A stretch of 63,530 nt of DNA, the filler included, from Octopus bimaculoides (taxonomy: Eukaryota): the NCBI RefSeq assembly GCF_001194135.2. It is 6 parts of 5 records of this genome, joined end to end, with 100 filler letters (N's around TTAATTAATTAA, not from the genome) between each part and the next. Parts side by side here need not be neighbours in the genome. Positions count along the whole stretch, not along the records: positions 21,580 to 47,372 come from NC_068983.1; positions 47,473 to 57,392 come from NC_068983.1; positions 57,493 to 61,427 come from NC_068987.1; 3 more parts are not named here. The stretch is one strand, 5' to 3'. Position numbers and translations under genes: made by a program. The first letter of the stretch is position 1; each line of letters begins with the position of its first letter. The notes under the pieces were generated by a model. The model had not been told where the DNA came from. It did not search any database and saw only the letters and a program-made list of their open reading frames with translations. This document shows, in pieces, positions 47,261 to 60,370 of the stretch.

Positions 47261-50200
47261 ACATATATATATATATATATACAGAGAGAGAGAGAGAGAT
47301 GTATATGTATATATGTACACGTATATGTATAGATATATATATATAGATATAGATCTATATGCATACATGTATNNNNNNNNNNNNNNNNNNNNNNNNNNNN
47401 NNNNNNNNNNNNNNNNTTAATTAATTAANNNNNNNNNNNNNNNNNNNNNNNNNNNNNNNNNNNNNNNNNNNNTTTAAAGTTGTACCTTCAGCGGGAAAAT
47501 TTCTCAGTGATATTGAAACTTAACATCTGGAGAGTGCCAGAACGGTAATCAAGTGCTGCTCACATTGAAGTAGGTGGCAGCGCAATTGATGTATAATTTC
47601 TTTTTTCTTTTTTTTTTTTTTGTCTTTTCTTTTATGCTGCTCATCTGTGGGCTCCTGCCTCCGAGAAAACTGACTAAAGTATAGTTGTAAGCATGAACAT
47701 TAGTAAGGTTCTCAACAGTGTCAGGCACTCAAAGCTACAATAAAAACGATCTAAATATATGTTATATTACTCTCATCTGTATCGGTAGCTTTCTATAAGA
47801 TAGTGTTATTGAAGCATGCTTCTACAAAGCGCTGACAGGAATGCTTCAAGTCTCAATTTTGTTTCCGTTTTGTTCTTTCTATACTTGCCAACACGACGAA
47901 AAGTACCCACTCACATAAAGAGGATATAGATATTAATTCTTTCAGACTTCTCAATCACGCTTCATCCGCTCGCAACCCAGAAATCACACACCATATCTGT
48001 ACTAATCCCAGGAAGAGAAGCATTGAAGCAATCCTCTAATGAAGATATGACGATCTTGTCACTCTCAACTGAGAAAAATACATCAACCACACTATTTCCC
48101 CTTAAATATGGACAGCACTTAATTACAAGCTTAACAGCCTCTCCGAATGTTAATTTTCCACTATCACAAAGAAATTCTCCAGGTGAAAATATATCAAAAG
48201 TTTTCTTCACATTTGATATTATATATATGTATATATATAATGTGCGCAAATTGGTAGGTTGGGAGGCGACTGGTTTGGAGGAAATTTTCCAGTTCTGTGC
48301 ACTGTAGAAATGAATGAAAAGCGTGCAGTATAGGCAGACAATTTCTTCGTACGGTTATTGTTCATATACTCATCATGTTAAGAAATGACGGCGAGAGAAT
48401 TCTGAAAAGTTAGTGGAGGTGCGTTTGACAAAGGGCCAAAAGGACAAGCAGAATAGCTTGAGAGCTGGATGGTGCACGAAATCATACGTTGCGGTTCAGA
48501 GAGTGATCTTGCAGGTGTTGCAATGCTGAGTAAGTACCACATAGTATTTGTGAATGGTTGAGTTACCCTGAGCATTATAGGTCCTATATATTGCCTGAAA
48601 GAACTGCAGTGCAGCTCTGACTGAACCACTTGAGGAACTTCTACCACTTAGTCTTCGTTGCGACATACTTAATATGGATTCTTTCCTTGAGGAGCAGGTG
48701 TCAGTTCTGCTACACAGCGGGGTGTAACAAATAGATAATATTTGGAAATATTGAAATGAACTGACAAAAGATAATACAAGTTAGTATATACTTACTGGGC
48801 GGTTTTATTCAAATGTTACGCAATTACACAACTGCGACACATTAGAAGAAAATACAAAAGTTTGTAGTGTGGATAACTGCTTACACCGAAGATTTTTGTT
48901 CAGTTCATATAGCAGTCTGACACTAAACGTGTGAAAGATGGAAAGTAAAGGGTGAAAGACTCGTGCGAATGACCTTTTGTTAATGTATGGTGAGGCTGCT
49001 TTGTGACTGACAGACGGAACGTGCTGTTTTTTTTTTTTCAGATATCAAGAATATGTACCTCTATTATGGCCGAACTAAGTCACTGAACTTACAATCGAAT
49101 GGGCATATCGTGATTTACTATTGTTCAACATATGCTGATGGCGAATTTGATAGATTAAATAAATAGATTTTTAAGTACACAAAGAGTAATGAAAACGAGC
49201 GTGAAGACTGAGTTTTTGGATCCTTCATCACAAATCCCTTCTGCACCGACATATCTATGGGTGGATTGGCTGAAAACTCTGTAGCTGGTCGAGTGATCAC
49301 GGAGAGGTACTCTCGTTGTTTGCACGTGCGCGTTTGATTTATGTCGAATGCGACACTGACACTGGAAAAATTAAATGCTAAATTTGTCAAGCACGTAACT
49401 ATTCAAACAAGATTTTACAAAATGGAATAATTTGAAGATGACATGGCATTAACATAAATTGAGCAGCAGTTTTACTCGTCAAAAATATTAAAATTATTCA
49501 TGAATTGTTTGTTGAAAACTGACAACTCGATTGCGTTATTCTCCACCTGCAAAATCATATCGTGGTGAGAGTTCAAATTGACAAATTGTATTGTGGCATT
49601 TAGGAACCTATGGCCACCTTTGATGTGTGTGTATGTGAGTGTGTGTATGTGTGTGTGTATGTGTGAGTGTTTGCGTATGTGTATGTGCGTATATATGTGT
49701 GTGTGCGTGTGTGTGCGCGCATATACATACATACTTGTGAAGATAAATATGTGTCTATGGGTGTTTATTATTTTCTTTTGCTTCAGTACTTTTATTTGAA
49801 CAGATCGACCTCAATACTTATTTTTAAAGTCTGGTACTTAGTCTATCCGGTCTTTTGCCGAACTGCTAAGTTATGGAGTCTTAAACAAAACAACACCAAT
49901 TGTCCAGCGAAGGGGTGAGAGGACAATCAAAGGAACAGAAGCAAAGACACAACGACACGTGTGCGTTTGCACACACATAGTTTCCACCTATCATGTTCAC
50001 TGATAAGATATCGGTAGGCCCAGGGCTACAATAGAAGACTGAATTCAAAACGACTTGATCGTAAAGCGAGTTTCTTAAAAACACACGCGTACAGATATTG
50101 ATTAATGTAATGTAAAAAATAGACTTTAATAATGCAATTAAATTTTCAGCCTCACTGCCAAATGCAAATGTTTGTAAGCAAATGTTTTTATCATTACTTC

Positions 50201-50707
50201 CAGAAATGGCATTGTCCAGATTAGTTTCAATTTTGTTTGGAATCTCATCAGATAAGAAACAACCCATAGTGAACGAAATAGCTTCTAGTTAGTTTCAAGA
50301 AATGCAAACTCGAATTCAGTTAAATTGGTAAGTCTAATTGCATGACACTGCATTCGTAGCATACCTTACATTTGAAATTATATTATAAACGCTCTGTTTA
50401 CGTTATTAATTAATTTGTCAACGAATACGCTGTAATGCAAATTAGATAGAGCAGTTTAGCTAAGTATTGATTTGCGTCCATTATAAATAGATATGCACCA
50501 TCATGTATACTCCTTCTGGACAGAGGAAGGGAGAAGTGGTTCTCTGAAACGATTGCGAACAGAAATGAAGCCGATCAAAACAATCCCGCTTTTCGTAACC
50601 ACAATTTTAAAAAGATATACTTTAACATAATATTTCAAATTAAGGCAACTGTCTGCTCCTTGCAGATCTTTTTGTATCTATAATTTTTCTTGTACCTCTT
50701 CTTGTAC

Positions 50708-50915
50708 TTATAATTGCTCTTTCCTCGTGTTAGATCTTAAATGACTTTTGTGTCTTGAAAGGGATTTGAACAGCTGACCACATATACTGCAGCAATGTCT
50801 CATTTCAGCATAAGCTCTATTTTCCACTTGTTTACTATGAATGTTCAAGTGCCGCTCCAATTCTCCACGTGACTTGCAGGTTTTTTTGACAGACATTGCA
50901 TTGAAACTGTTCATG
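50708..50915 (-). pseudogene. Frameshifted tandem C2H2 zinc-finger remnant (LINE C-terminus or ZNF relic)
   Basis: QFQCNVCQK / CKSRGELERHLNIH (1-nt shift in an A7 run), then CSICGQLFKSLSRHKSHLRSN. Confidence 0.55.
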
Positions 50916-51296
50916 GAGTATGTATGTATGTATGTATGTATGTATGTATGTATTATTTCAAGTTATACATGCATAAAACCACTCAACTACTCATATCTAT
51001 AAGGAGCTTTATAGTAAAAAGAATAATACAGAATTCAAAGCTATACAGACAGAAGTCAAGAACTTTAGTTGATAGACCTACAATCCTATCAATAATTCCA
51101 GTTCCACAAGACAGACGAGATTAATTAAGAAAACTTTAATGCTAATAACAAACAAACGAAAAAAATCAACTCTAAATGAAACAAACTCTGGAAGTAACAA
51201 AGTGTTAACCATTAGATATTGTTAAGCTAGGCAATGATGATTTTCATAAGACAAGACATTGATTCCGTGTACCGTTGCGACCTATGGCAAAATGCA

Positions 51297-51396
51297 ACCG
51301 CTTGCCAAAGATGAAATCGAAAGCTTCAAAAACTACCAATATTTATCGTGGTATTGGTGTTTTTTGAAGCTTTCGCTTTCATCTTTGGCAAGCGGT
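51297..51396. repeat. Near-perfect 45-bp inverted repeat with a 10-nt loop
   Basis: Arms 51297-51341 and 51352-51396, 3 mismatches. The right arm and downstream flank are duplicated at ~51754-51915. Confidence 0.92.
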
Positions 51397-52801
51397 ATTT
51401 TTACCCATCTTTTATTCAAATATTTCATATTATACCTGCTTAAGTAGAAGTCTTGCTAGCCACCTCATTATTACTGTTTTTAACAGTAATAATGCTTTTA
51501 TATATTTGCTTTTTTATTGTTTACGATAGTTTTCTCTTTAAACAGAGCGGGACGTTTAAAGTTAGAAACGCATACGAGTTAACGTAATGAATATTTTAGA
51601 AATAGATGTTACTATCTCCAACTGATGATTGCAAAGCACGTTTTCTCATGCACAGCATGAAATCAATTGATATTGAGGTATGTAAACTATCTTCAAATTC
51701 CATCATGAAAGTAGGCTTATTTTTTAAAATGTTCATTTCATTGCTCGTGTGTGTATTTATCGTAGTGTTGGTATTTTTTGAAGCTTTCACTTTCATCTTT
51801 GGCAAGTGGTATTTTTACCCTTCTTTTATTCAAATATTTCATATTATACCTGTTTAGGTAGAAGTTTTCCTAGCCATCTCATTATTACTGTTTTTAATAG
51901 TAATAATGCCTTATATATACATTTGCTTTTATACATATACTTAACATGGTATAGTTATTATTTTAAGGGTAAATGGTAGTGAAATGCTATTCGATTTATA
52001 TGGTAACTAGTTTATTTATTGTCACATTTCAATGTTAGTTAAAATTAATTATGGTTAGTAATTTTGTTTTAGTTTAAATATTGGGAGATAAGTTTCATAT
52101 ATAGGTTGTAATAAATTGTTTAAGGTTAATGGTTGATTAAAGATGAATTAATATTTTTTCTTTGTAGATATATTTAAAATATGTTTTGTTAGATAATGTT
52201 TCTTAATAGTTTAATAGATAAATTTCTTTAAATTTGGTTGATATAAAAAAAAAAGAGTAAAGAAAAAGAAAAGATAATGCAACAGAGCCTCTGAGAGAAA
52301 TTTGGTTAGGCGGTATGGGACTACTTTCGGAATCCATTCACCACAAATTCAACAGAAACGTGAGGTTACAGAGGAAGATATCCTAGCATATAAACACACC
52401 GGCCAACCTCCCACATTTGCTTTCTGAGTCGGAGTAATGCTCCAAGTGAAACTTTTATATAGGTTCTGCTCTAGGAAAAGAGTATCAGCGCCAAAACGAA
52501 CTTAAACAATAACAACAGCAACTACTGAATTTATAGTATTTTGCTAGCCATAGAAGGTTTTATGAACATGGCTAGTTACTATAGAACAACACTTCAAGGT
52601 CAAATTAATAAAGAACAGACATCACAATCTACAGACGGCTAGTATAAACTATTCCGAAAAATGGCAAATAGCTTAAATAGCAGTTTTATATTTTGGGACT
52701 AAAACATAAGCTAGACAAATGTTTCATACGCACACCCCAGTGTGTTTACATAAATCCATTTATAAACACATGCCTGTATTCGTTTAATCCGTGTGTGTAG
52801 T

Positions 52802-52847
<46 letters not shown>

Positions 52848-52980
52848 GTTTATATATATTTAACTATATATGTTACTTCATTTTATATTTGGCTAGTAAA
52901 GTTCTTTATGTCAGTTCCTATGTTGAAACAAATTTTGTGTTTTGGGAGAGTCATTATGCCAATATTAGTGGCATACATAC

Positions 52981-53321
52981 CGGTTCAACCCCGCTCCTTT
53001 ATTATTAGTCAATTAGTTAAATATCTATCTATTTAACTAATCAATCTTTTGTTTAACTTGTTCATTAAACAGTCAGTCGTTTTTTTTTGTTTTTTGTTTT
53101 TTTTGTTTTTTTTTGCTTATTTTTTCTCGCTACCATTCGCAACATTTTCAGCAGTATTCACTGAAAATGTTGCGAATGACGACGAAAGAACACTGACGAA
53201 TAGAAAGTAAAACAGAAAAGAAAAGACGATTGACTGTTTAAACAGCAAGTTAAACAGACGATCGAGGATACAACATAAATATATATGTATATTCATAATG
53301 TGTGTGTGTGTGTGGGTGTGT

Positions 53322-53397
<76 letters not shown>

Positions 53398-53520
53398 TTG
53401 TAGCCTTTGGCTTTGATTCCTTGATGGAATCATAGGAGCTCAGCTGTGACAAAATGGCGTGTCTTTACGACTTTTTGACTTGGTGAAACCCATCTCTTTC
53501 CACTTCTCACCACAGCCAAT
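52981..53520 (-). promoter_or_regulatory. Candidate promoter and non-coding first exon of a minus-strand gene
   Basis: YY1-like CAAAATGGCG (53450-53459), CCAAT (53516-53520), CpG-retaining unique sequence, A-rich minus strand, and donor AACCG|GTATGT at 52980. Confidence 0.3.
53134..53178. repeat. Perfect 18-bp inverted repeat with a 9-nt loop
   Basis: CATTCGCAACATTTTCAG-CAGTATTCA-CTGAAAATGTTGCGAATG. Confidence 0.95.
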
Positions 53521-53531
53521 TTCATTCAGAA

Positions 53532-53570
<39 letters not shown>

Positions 53571-53904
53571 AAGACAGAAAGTAAAGTAAAAGAAAGAAAA
53601 GAATCAATCGATCCCTTAAAGGATGAACTGTAAAAGTTCACCTCGGTGAGAATTCAAACTATAATGAGCCGAGATGATTACCGTAAAGCATCCTATCTGG
53701 CGCTCTAACCACTATGACAGGCGTTTTAGTTATACACGCTTTTGATCTGCTTTGTACTTTTTTCTCGTTCTCTTCGCAGATCGTTTTGCTTTATTATTTA
53801 GTCTACAGTCAAACTTGACGTTCAATTCTCTAGCAACCTGAGGTACTGGTATCGGCAGCTACTTTAAAATAGCTGCATGTGTTCCACATCAAATTTATTA
53901 TCGT

Positions 53905-54312
53905 TATCTTTTGCTTGTTTCATTCATTAGACTGTGGCTATGCTAGGGCACAAGCCTTGAAGAATTTTCAGTAAAATGACTCGATCCTAATATTTATTTC
54001 CTTTAAAGCCTGGAACTTGTTCTATTGAATCCTGTTGCCGAATCGCTAAGTTATGGGGGCGTAAATACACCAACACCGGTTGCCAAGCAGTAGTGCGACA
54101 CGGACACATACATATACACTCACACACACATATGTGTGTTGTGTGTGTATACGACACGTTTCTTTCAGATTCCGTCTACCAAATCCACTCGCAAGCTTTT
54201 CATGGACCCGAAGCAATATTAGAAGACACTTACCCAAGGTGCCACGCAGTGAGACTGAACCCGGAAGCATATGGTTGGAAAGAAAGCTTCTTGCTACACA
54301 GCCATGCTTGTA
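53905..54312 (-). mobile_element. SINE family A (diverged)
   Basis: Reverse complement of the family A layout; another copy at ~54975-55325. Confidence 0.75.
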
Positions 54313-55915
54313 CCTATAATGACTTCTAACTAAAATACAAGTTGGGTAAAAGTCGGACTTTCATACATGGCTTAGCAACGAAATACATGATGACATAGGA
54401 ATGCTCTTCAGCCCTCATGCACACACACAAACACACACTGATACGCACCTTCGCGGAAACCATACCGAAATACATTTGTATATGTACGTGTATTGTATTA
54501 ACGCATGTATGCACACACAAACACGTATACGCACACGCAGAATTCGATACGCATATCTATACATACATAATCATGTACGCTTATGTTGAGCTGCGTTGAA
54601 TGTGTGTATATGCAAGTGTACACACGATTACTGTAGACTGCTTTTTAATATCTGGCAGTCGATTCTACAATAAAAGATACTTAAATACATTGGAAGTTAC
54701 TTAAGTATTCAACAACGAAGCGTCGAGTCCACCATCATCTGGTTTCAATTACCGACCTTATTTAAACAATTTCTCCCCTCTACCTATATCTTTAATACCG
54801 TTGAGAGAAGCATAAACGTCACTAAACTTCATATTTCCTGTTATAGCTGAAACTTCGTGCAAAACCTTAGACTTATCAGGACCAAACGATAAAGACACAA
54901 CACCGTTGCTTCTAATTTTTTAAAGATGGGGACAAACTTCTGTTTCACTAAATATTAAACGGTACTATATAGCGTCTATTTGCTTCAGTCATTATATTGC
55001 GGCCATACTGGGGCTCCGCTTTGAAGAAAGTTATTCGAATTGTAATCAGTATTCTGTTTTAACTTCGTATTTATGCTATCGGGCTCTTTTGTCGAACCGC
55101 TAGGCTACGGGGACGTAAACACACTAACATCGGCTCTCAAGCGGTGTGGGACACATACATACACACACACAGCATGACGGGATTCTTTCTGCTTCCGTCT
55201 ACCAAATCCATTCACAAGGCGTTGGTCGCCCCGGGGCTACACTGGAAGGCACATGTCCAAGTTTCCATGCGGTGAGACTGAACTGGGAGCAATGTGGTTG
55301 TGAAGCAAACTTTTTACTACACAGTCACCTATTTTACGGTCCTGGATATCCAGGATCGCATTGTGTGAGTGAGCACTGCGCGCGTGCGTTTGAAAGAACA
55401 CATTCTGATAAATGTCGCCTAAGATAAACGACAGATAAAAAGAAATATCGCCATAGATGATAACTGAAGAAAGCGTTATAGTTTGAATTTGAATCTCTTT
55501 TCTCATAGCTCTGTTCTCCTTGATCAGTCTTGGGGCTAAACTAAACCAGTAGCGTAGTTAGGACCGGAGAGGTGGTGTTGGTACGCCTCTGTGACGCTTT
55601 TGTGGAGCAGCTCTTTTGGATCTGTTGTATGAGTCCATATAGGAGGCAGACCGCAAACTAAAGGGCTGCCCTGGGTTAAAAAAAAACAACAGCAAAATTA
55701 TAAATAAATCATCATGACCGTAACAGCTCAGAGAGAATCTATACATAGACTAGGCGCAGGCATGGATGAGTAATAAGAAGCTTGCTTTCCAACCATATGG
55801 TTTCGGATTCAGTCCCACTACGTGGCACCTTGGCACTTACCTTCTACTATACTCTCGGATTGACCAAAGACTTACGAGTGGATTTGGAAGACGGAAACGT
55901 GTGTGTGTGTGTTCA

Positions 55916-55981
<66 letters not shown>

Positions 55982-57037
55982 NNNNNNNNNNNNNNNNNNN
56001 NNNNNNNNNNNNNNNNNNNNNNNNNNNNNNNNNNNNNNNNNNNNNNNNNNNNNNNNNNNNNNNNNNNNNNNNNNNNNNNNNNNNNNNNNNNNNNNNNNNN
56101 NNNNNNNNNNNNNNNNNNNNNNNNNNNNNNNNNNNNNNNNNNNNNNNNNNNNNNNNNNNNNNNNNNNNNNNNNNNNNNNNNNNNNNNNNNNNNNNNNNNN
56201 NNNNNNNNNNNNNNNNNNNNNNNNNNNNNNNNNNNNNNNNNNNNNNNNNNNNNNNNNNNNNNNNNNNNNNNNNNNNNNNNNNNNNNNNNNNNNNNNNNNN
56301 NNNNNNNNNNNNNNNNNNNNNNNNNNNNNNNNNNNNNNNNNNNNNNNNNNNNNNNNNNNNNNNNNNNNNNNNNNNNNNNNNNNNNNNNNNNNNNNNNNNN
56401 NNNNNNNNNNNNNNNNNNNNNNNNNNNNNNNNNNNNNNNNNNNNNNNNNNNNNNNNNNNNNNNNNNNNNNNNNNNNNNNNNNNNNNNNNNNNNNNNNNNN
56501 NNNNNNNNNNNNNNNNNNNNNNNNNNNNNNNNNNNNNNNNNNNNNNNNNNNNNNNNNNNNNNNNNNNNNNNNNNNNNNNNNNNNNNNNNNNNNNNNNNNN
56601 NNNNNNNNNNNNNNNNNNNNNNNNNNNNNNNNNNNNNNNNNNNNNNNNNNNNNNNNNNNNNNNNNNNNNNNNNNNNNNNNNNNNNNNNTATATATATATA
56701 TATGTATGTATACACGTATACGTAGAGATGGACATGGGATGTTTATATGATCTATCAAAGCCTTGGGAGTGGTGTCACAGCATGACTACAGTCCAATTAT
56801 TTAAAAAATATATAAAATAAAATCTCAGAGTTCCTACAAAACGGTCATTGGCATGGCTTTTATTCTCTGACTCACCAAAACAAACAGAGCACGCGCACAT
56901 GCACATATACACACATGCACAGACATATACGTATGTGTGGGAATGTGTCTGGTATGCGGTGACCGGATACCTCCCACTCATGGCTTCCAGTGGAATGAAA
57001 TCACGTGATAAAGGAGTTCCGGTGCCCATAACAGATG

Positions 57038-57094
<57 letters not shown>

Positions 57095-57492
57095 CACACA
57101 CACGCACACATGCACATACATACGTATATGCATATATATATATATATATATATATAATGTTCTCTATGTGGCTTGTGTATTTTCTCGTCTACGTTTTGTT
57201 TGCAATGTCCTGTACCCAGATATGCAGCTATACATGCAGGTGGATGTCGGTACGCACATACCTGTACGTATATATGCATATACTCATTTACTATTTGTTT
57301 ATATATATATATAATGTTGTTTTCACTGTCCATTTTTTCCTGTCTTGGTTTGCGTTTGCCACCTTGGAATCCTCTGTGTAGTGGGTTGATCCNNNNNNNN
57401 NNNNNNNNNNNNNNNNNNNNNNNNNNNNNNNNNNNNTTAATTAATTAANNNNNNNNNNNNNNNNNNNNNNNNNNNNNNNNNNNNNNNNNNNN

Positions 57493-57531
<39 letters not shown>

Positions 57532-57591
57532 ATGTATACGTGCAGATTCGTATGTTTTGTTTTATGCCTGTATTCTCATGCATAGAATTGC

Positions 57592-57622
<31 letters not shown>

Positions 57623-58186
57623 TATATGTATGTATGTTTATATGAATGTTTTCTATAGCAGAAATGTTATATATATTTGCCTTAGAGCAGTCTCTTCTGC
57701 AGATGGTATTGTATATTGTTTTAGCAACAACATCATGTCACAGTAGGAGGTAGTGTTTTGATGACATTTTTTGGCAGCTACGGATTACATGCATTATGTC
57801 CTCCGCAGAAGGGTGACATAATTGACATTTGTGGTTGTAGTTTGAAGGTTTAAGAGCTTCACTTTCCCGTTTGTTCATTAGATACTTTGAAGCTATCTTC
57901 TGCTCTTAGATTGCGAATTCGCAGCCTTCTAGGTGTGACGGAATGTAATAGTCGTGAATCCAAAAGAGGCGGCGCTTCAGCTTTTTATTGTCGTCCTTTT
58001 CAAGTTTACAGGAAATCCACCATTTCATCACCTATTTATGCAATGCACAGTGTTTTCTTCCAAGTCGACTGAGATATGATAGTCTTCTATTTTTGAGCTC
58101 ATCAGAGAGTGAATTTTTCTTGAGGAGTTCACTACTGACACGCAGGAGGTCATGAACTTTTATGTGCTCTTAGCTGATGCATTTGT

Positions 58187-58568
58187 GGAGGCGCAATGGC
58201 CCAGTGGTTAGGGCAGTGGACTCGCGGTCATAGGATCGCAGTTTCGATTCCCAGACCGGGCGTTGTGAGTGTTTATTGAGCGAAAACACCTAAAGCTCCA
58301 CGAGGCTCCGGCAGGGAATGGTGGCGAACCCTGCTGTACTCTTTCACCACAACTTTCTCTCGCTTTTACTTCCTGTTTCTGTTGTACCTGTAATTCAAAG
58401 GGTCAGCCTTGTCACACTGTGTCACGCTGAATATCCCCGAGAACTACGTTAAGGGTACACGTGTCTGTGGAGTGCTCAGCCACTTGCACGTTAATTTCAC
58501 AAGCCGGCTGTTCCGTTGATTGGATCAACTGGAACCCTCGACGTCGTAAGCGACGGAGTGCCAACAAC
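58187..58568 (+). mobile_element. tRNA-derived SINE family C (best-preserved copy)
   Basis: Head GGAGGCGCAATGGCCCAGTGGTTAGG ... GTTTCGATTCCC (A and B boxes) continues without a break into a ~300-bp body found in five or more copies. Confidence 0.88.
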
Positions 58569-58624
58569 AGCTGCTCCATTAATTTTTGCTACCACTGCTA
58601 CAGCTACTGTCTGAGTAATATTGT

Positions 58625-58830
58625 TTGCAAATTTCAGCACAAGGGCAGCAATTTTGGGGGAAAGAGGTAAGTTGATTACATCGAACTCAATATTCAACTG
58701 GTACTTATTTTATTAAAAGATGAAAGACAAAGTCGACCTCTACTGAATTTGAACTCAGAACATAAAGACGAACGAAATGCCACTAAGCATTTTGCCAGGC
58801 GTGCTAACGATTCTGCCAGCTCGCTACCCT
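58625..58830 (-). mobile_element. SINE family B
   Basis: Reverse complement of 61981-62215. Confidence 0.78.
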
Positions 58831-59389
58831 ACTGTCTGAGTAATATTGATATCCCCTGATACTCGAAAAGACTGTTTGTACTCATCTCAAGCGCGATCTT
58901 CCTTCTTTTTTTTTTTTCTCAGATACAATCTCTCAATATCATTTTCTGTGGAAATTTGCAGTTGATGTCAGAATATTGCGAATTTTAAAGTCAACAGAAC
59001 GGCTTTCCTCTATATAGACACGTTGAGTATCCGCCAACGGATACTATAAATGAATTCATATCAACGGATACCATCCTTTTTTGCAGTACTTTTGTATGAT
59101 ATAGTTTCATCAGGGACTAAGTATTTGTGACACTTGGTTTTGAGGAGCAGGGGGCCATTATATCAACAGCTATGTAGAGGAATCAAGACAGTATACATGA
59201 ACCAAGGCAGTACAAATTTTAAATTCTTCTGAGCGATATACACATGCGCACATACATACATCATACATACATCCAAAAATATTCTGTTGTTGTTGAAATT
59301 CTAATGGAGGCGCCTGGGATCTAGGTTAGAAACCGGTTCTTTCTCTATTGGCGAGAAATCTTAAATTAAACTGAATAATGACATACATA

Positions 59390-59460
59390 TATCTATCTAT
59401 CTATCTATCTGTCCATTTATCTATCTATCTATCTACCTATCTATCTATCTATCTATCTAC

Positions 59461-59529
<69 letters not shown>

Positions 59530-59530
59530 A
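59390..59530. repeat. (TCTA)n tetranucleotide microsatellite
   Basis: Direct reading. Confidence 0.95.
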
Positions 59531-60329
59531 TCTCTATACACATACACAGACATACATATACATACATGTATAAATGACAGTGAGACGGAAGAGCAAGGTT
59601 GGACTGAAAAGTACATTGATCACGACACATGAGGGTTATTACGTGTATAAAGTCAGTTAGGCCGGCTGGCCAGTTGGGAGGCTGGCAGCCTGGCAGGTTG
59701 GCAGGCAATTCAGGGAGACAGGGAGACAGGGAGACAGGGTGACAGTGAGACAAAGAGTCAGGTTGGAAGAGGGAACTGGCGAAAAGAGAAAGAAAAAAAC
59801 GATAGAGATTAAAAATGGAAATATTTAGGCTGACAGACATGCACGGAGACAGGGACAAACCGACTGTTTAGGTACAGTGGAGGTTACACGGAAACAGTGG
59901 TCGTGTGTGCGTGTGTGTGTGTGTATATAGATGCGTGCGTGTGAGAGAGACAGACAGATGAGTGTGTGTAAGAGAGAGAGAGANNNNNNNNNNNNNNNNN
60001 NNNNNNNNNNNNNNNNNNNNNNNNNNNNNNNNNNNNNNNNNNNNNNNNNNNNNNNNNNNNNNNNNNNNNNNNNNNNNNNNNNNNNNNNNNNNNNNNNNNN
60101 NNNNNNNNNNNNNNNNNNNNNNNNNNNNNNNNNNNNNNNNNNNNNNNNNNNNNNNNNNNNNNNNNNNNNNNNNNNNNNNNNNNNNNNNNNNNNNNNNNNN
60201 NNNNNNNNNNNNNNNNNNNNNNNNNNNNNNNNNNNNNNNNNNNNNNNNNNNNNNNNNNNNNNNNNNNNNNNNNNNNNNNAGAGAGAAAGAAAGAGAGAGA
60301 GAAAGAAAGAAAGAGAGAAAGAAAGAGAA

Positions 60330-60370
<41 letters not shown>

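Noticed and set aside
49130-49330. Plus-strand SFITNPFCTDIS as a Charlie/SPIN hAT transposase relic
   Set aside because: Only a 4-5 residue resemblance (NPF) with stops on both sides; insufficient without a search.
50215-50233. Minus-strand CTGATGA...GAAAC string
   Set aside because: Stem II is weak and stems I and III do not form; consistent with chance. The same holds for CAGATGAGGCGAAAC at ~26567 inside the hAT relic.
55766-56820. Longest ORFs in the track (280-320 aa)
   Set aside because: They are almost entirely X from a ~700-N gap flanked by (CT)n and (TA)n. The same applies to 7529-8164 and 59868-60530.
57800-58180. Possible CR1-like LINE 3' remnant on the minus strand
   Set aside because: The motif resemblance is too degraded to support by eye.
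58187-58262. tRNA gene (also heads at 602, 2823, 33277, 38814 and 61981)
   Set aside because: A and B boxes are present but there is no clean acceptor stem or terminator, and each head runs into a multi-copy SINE body.
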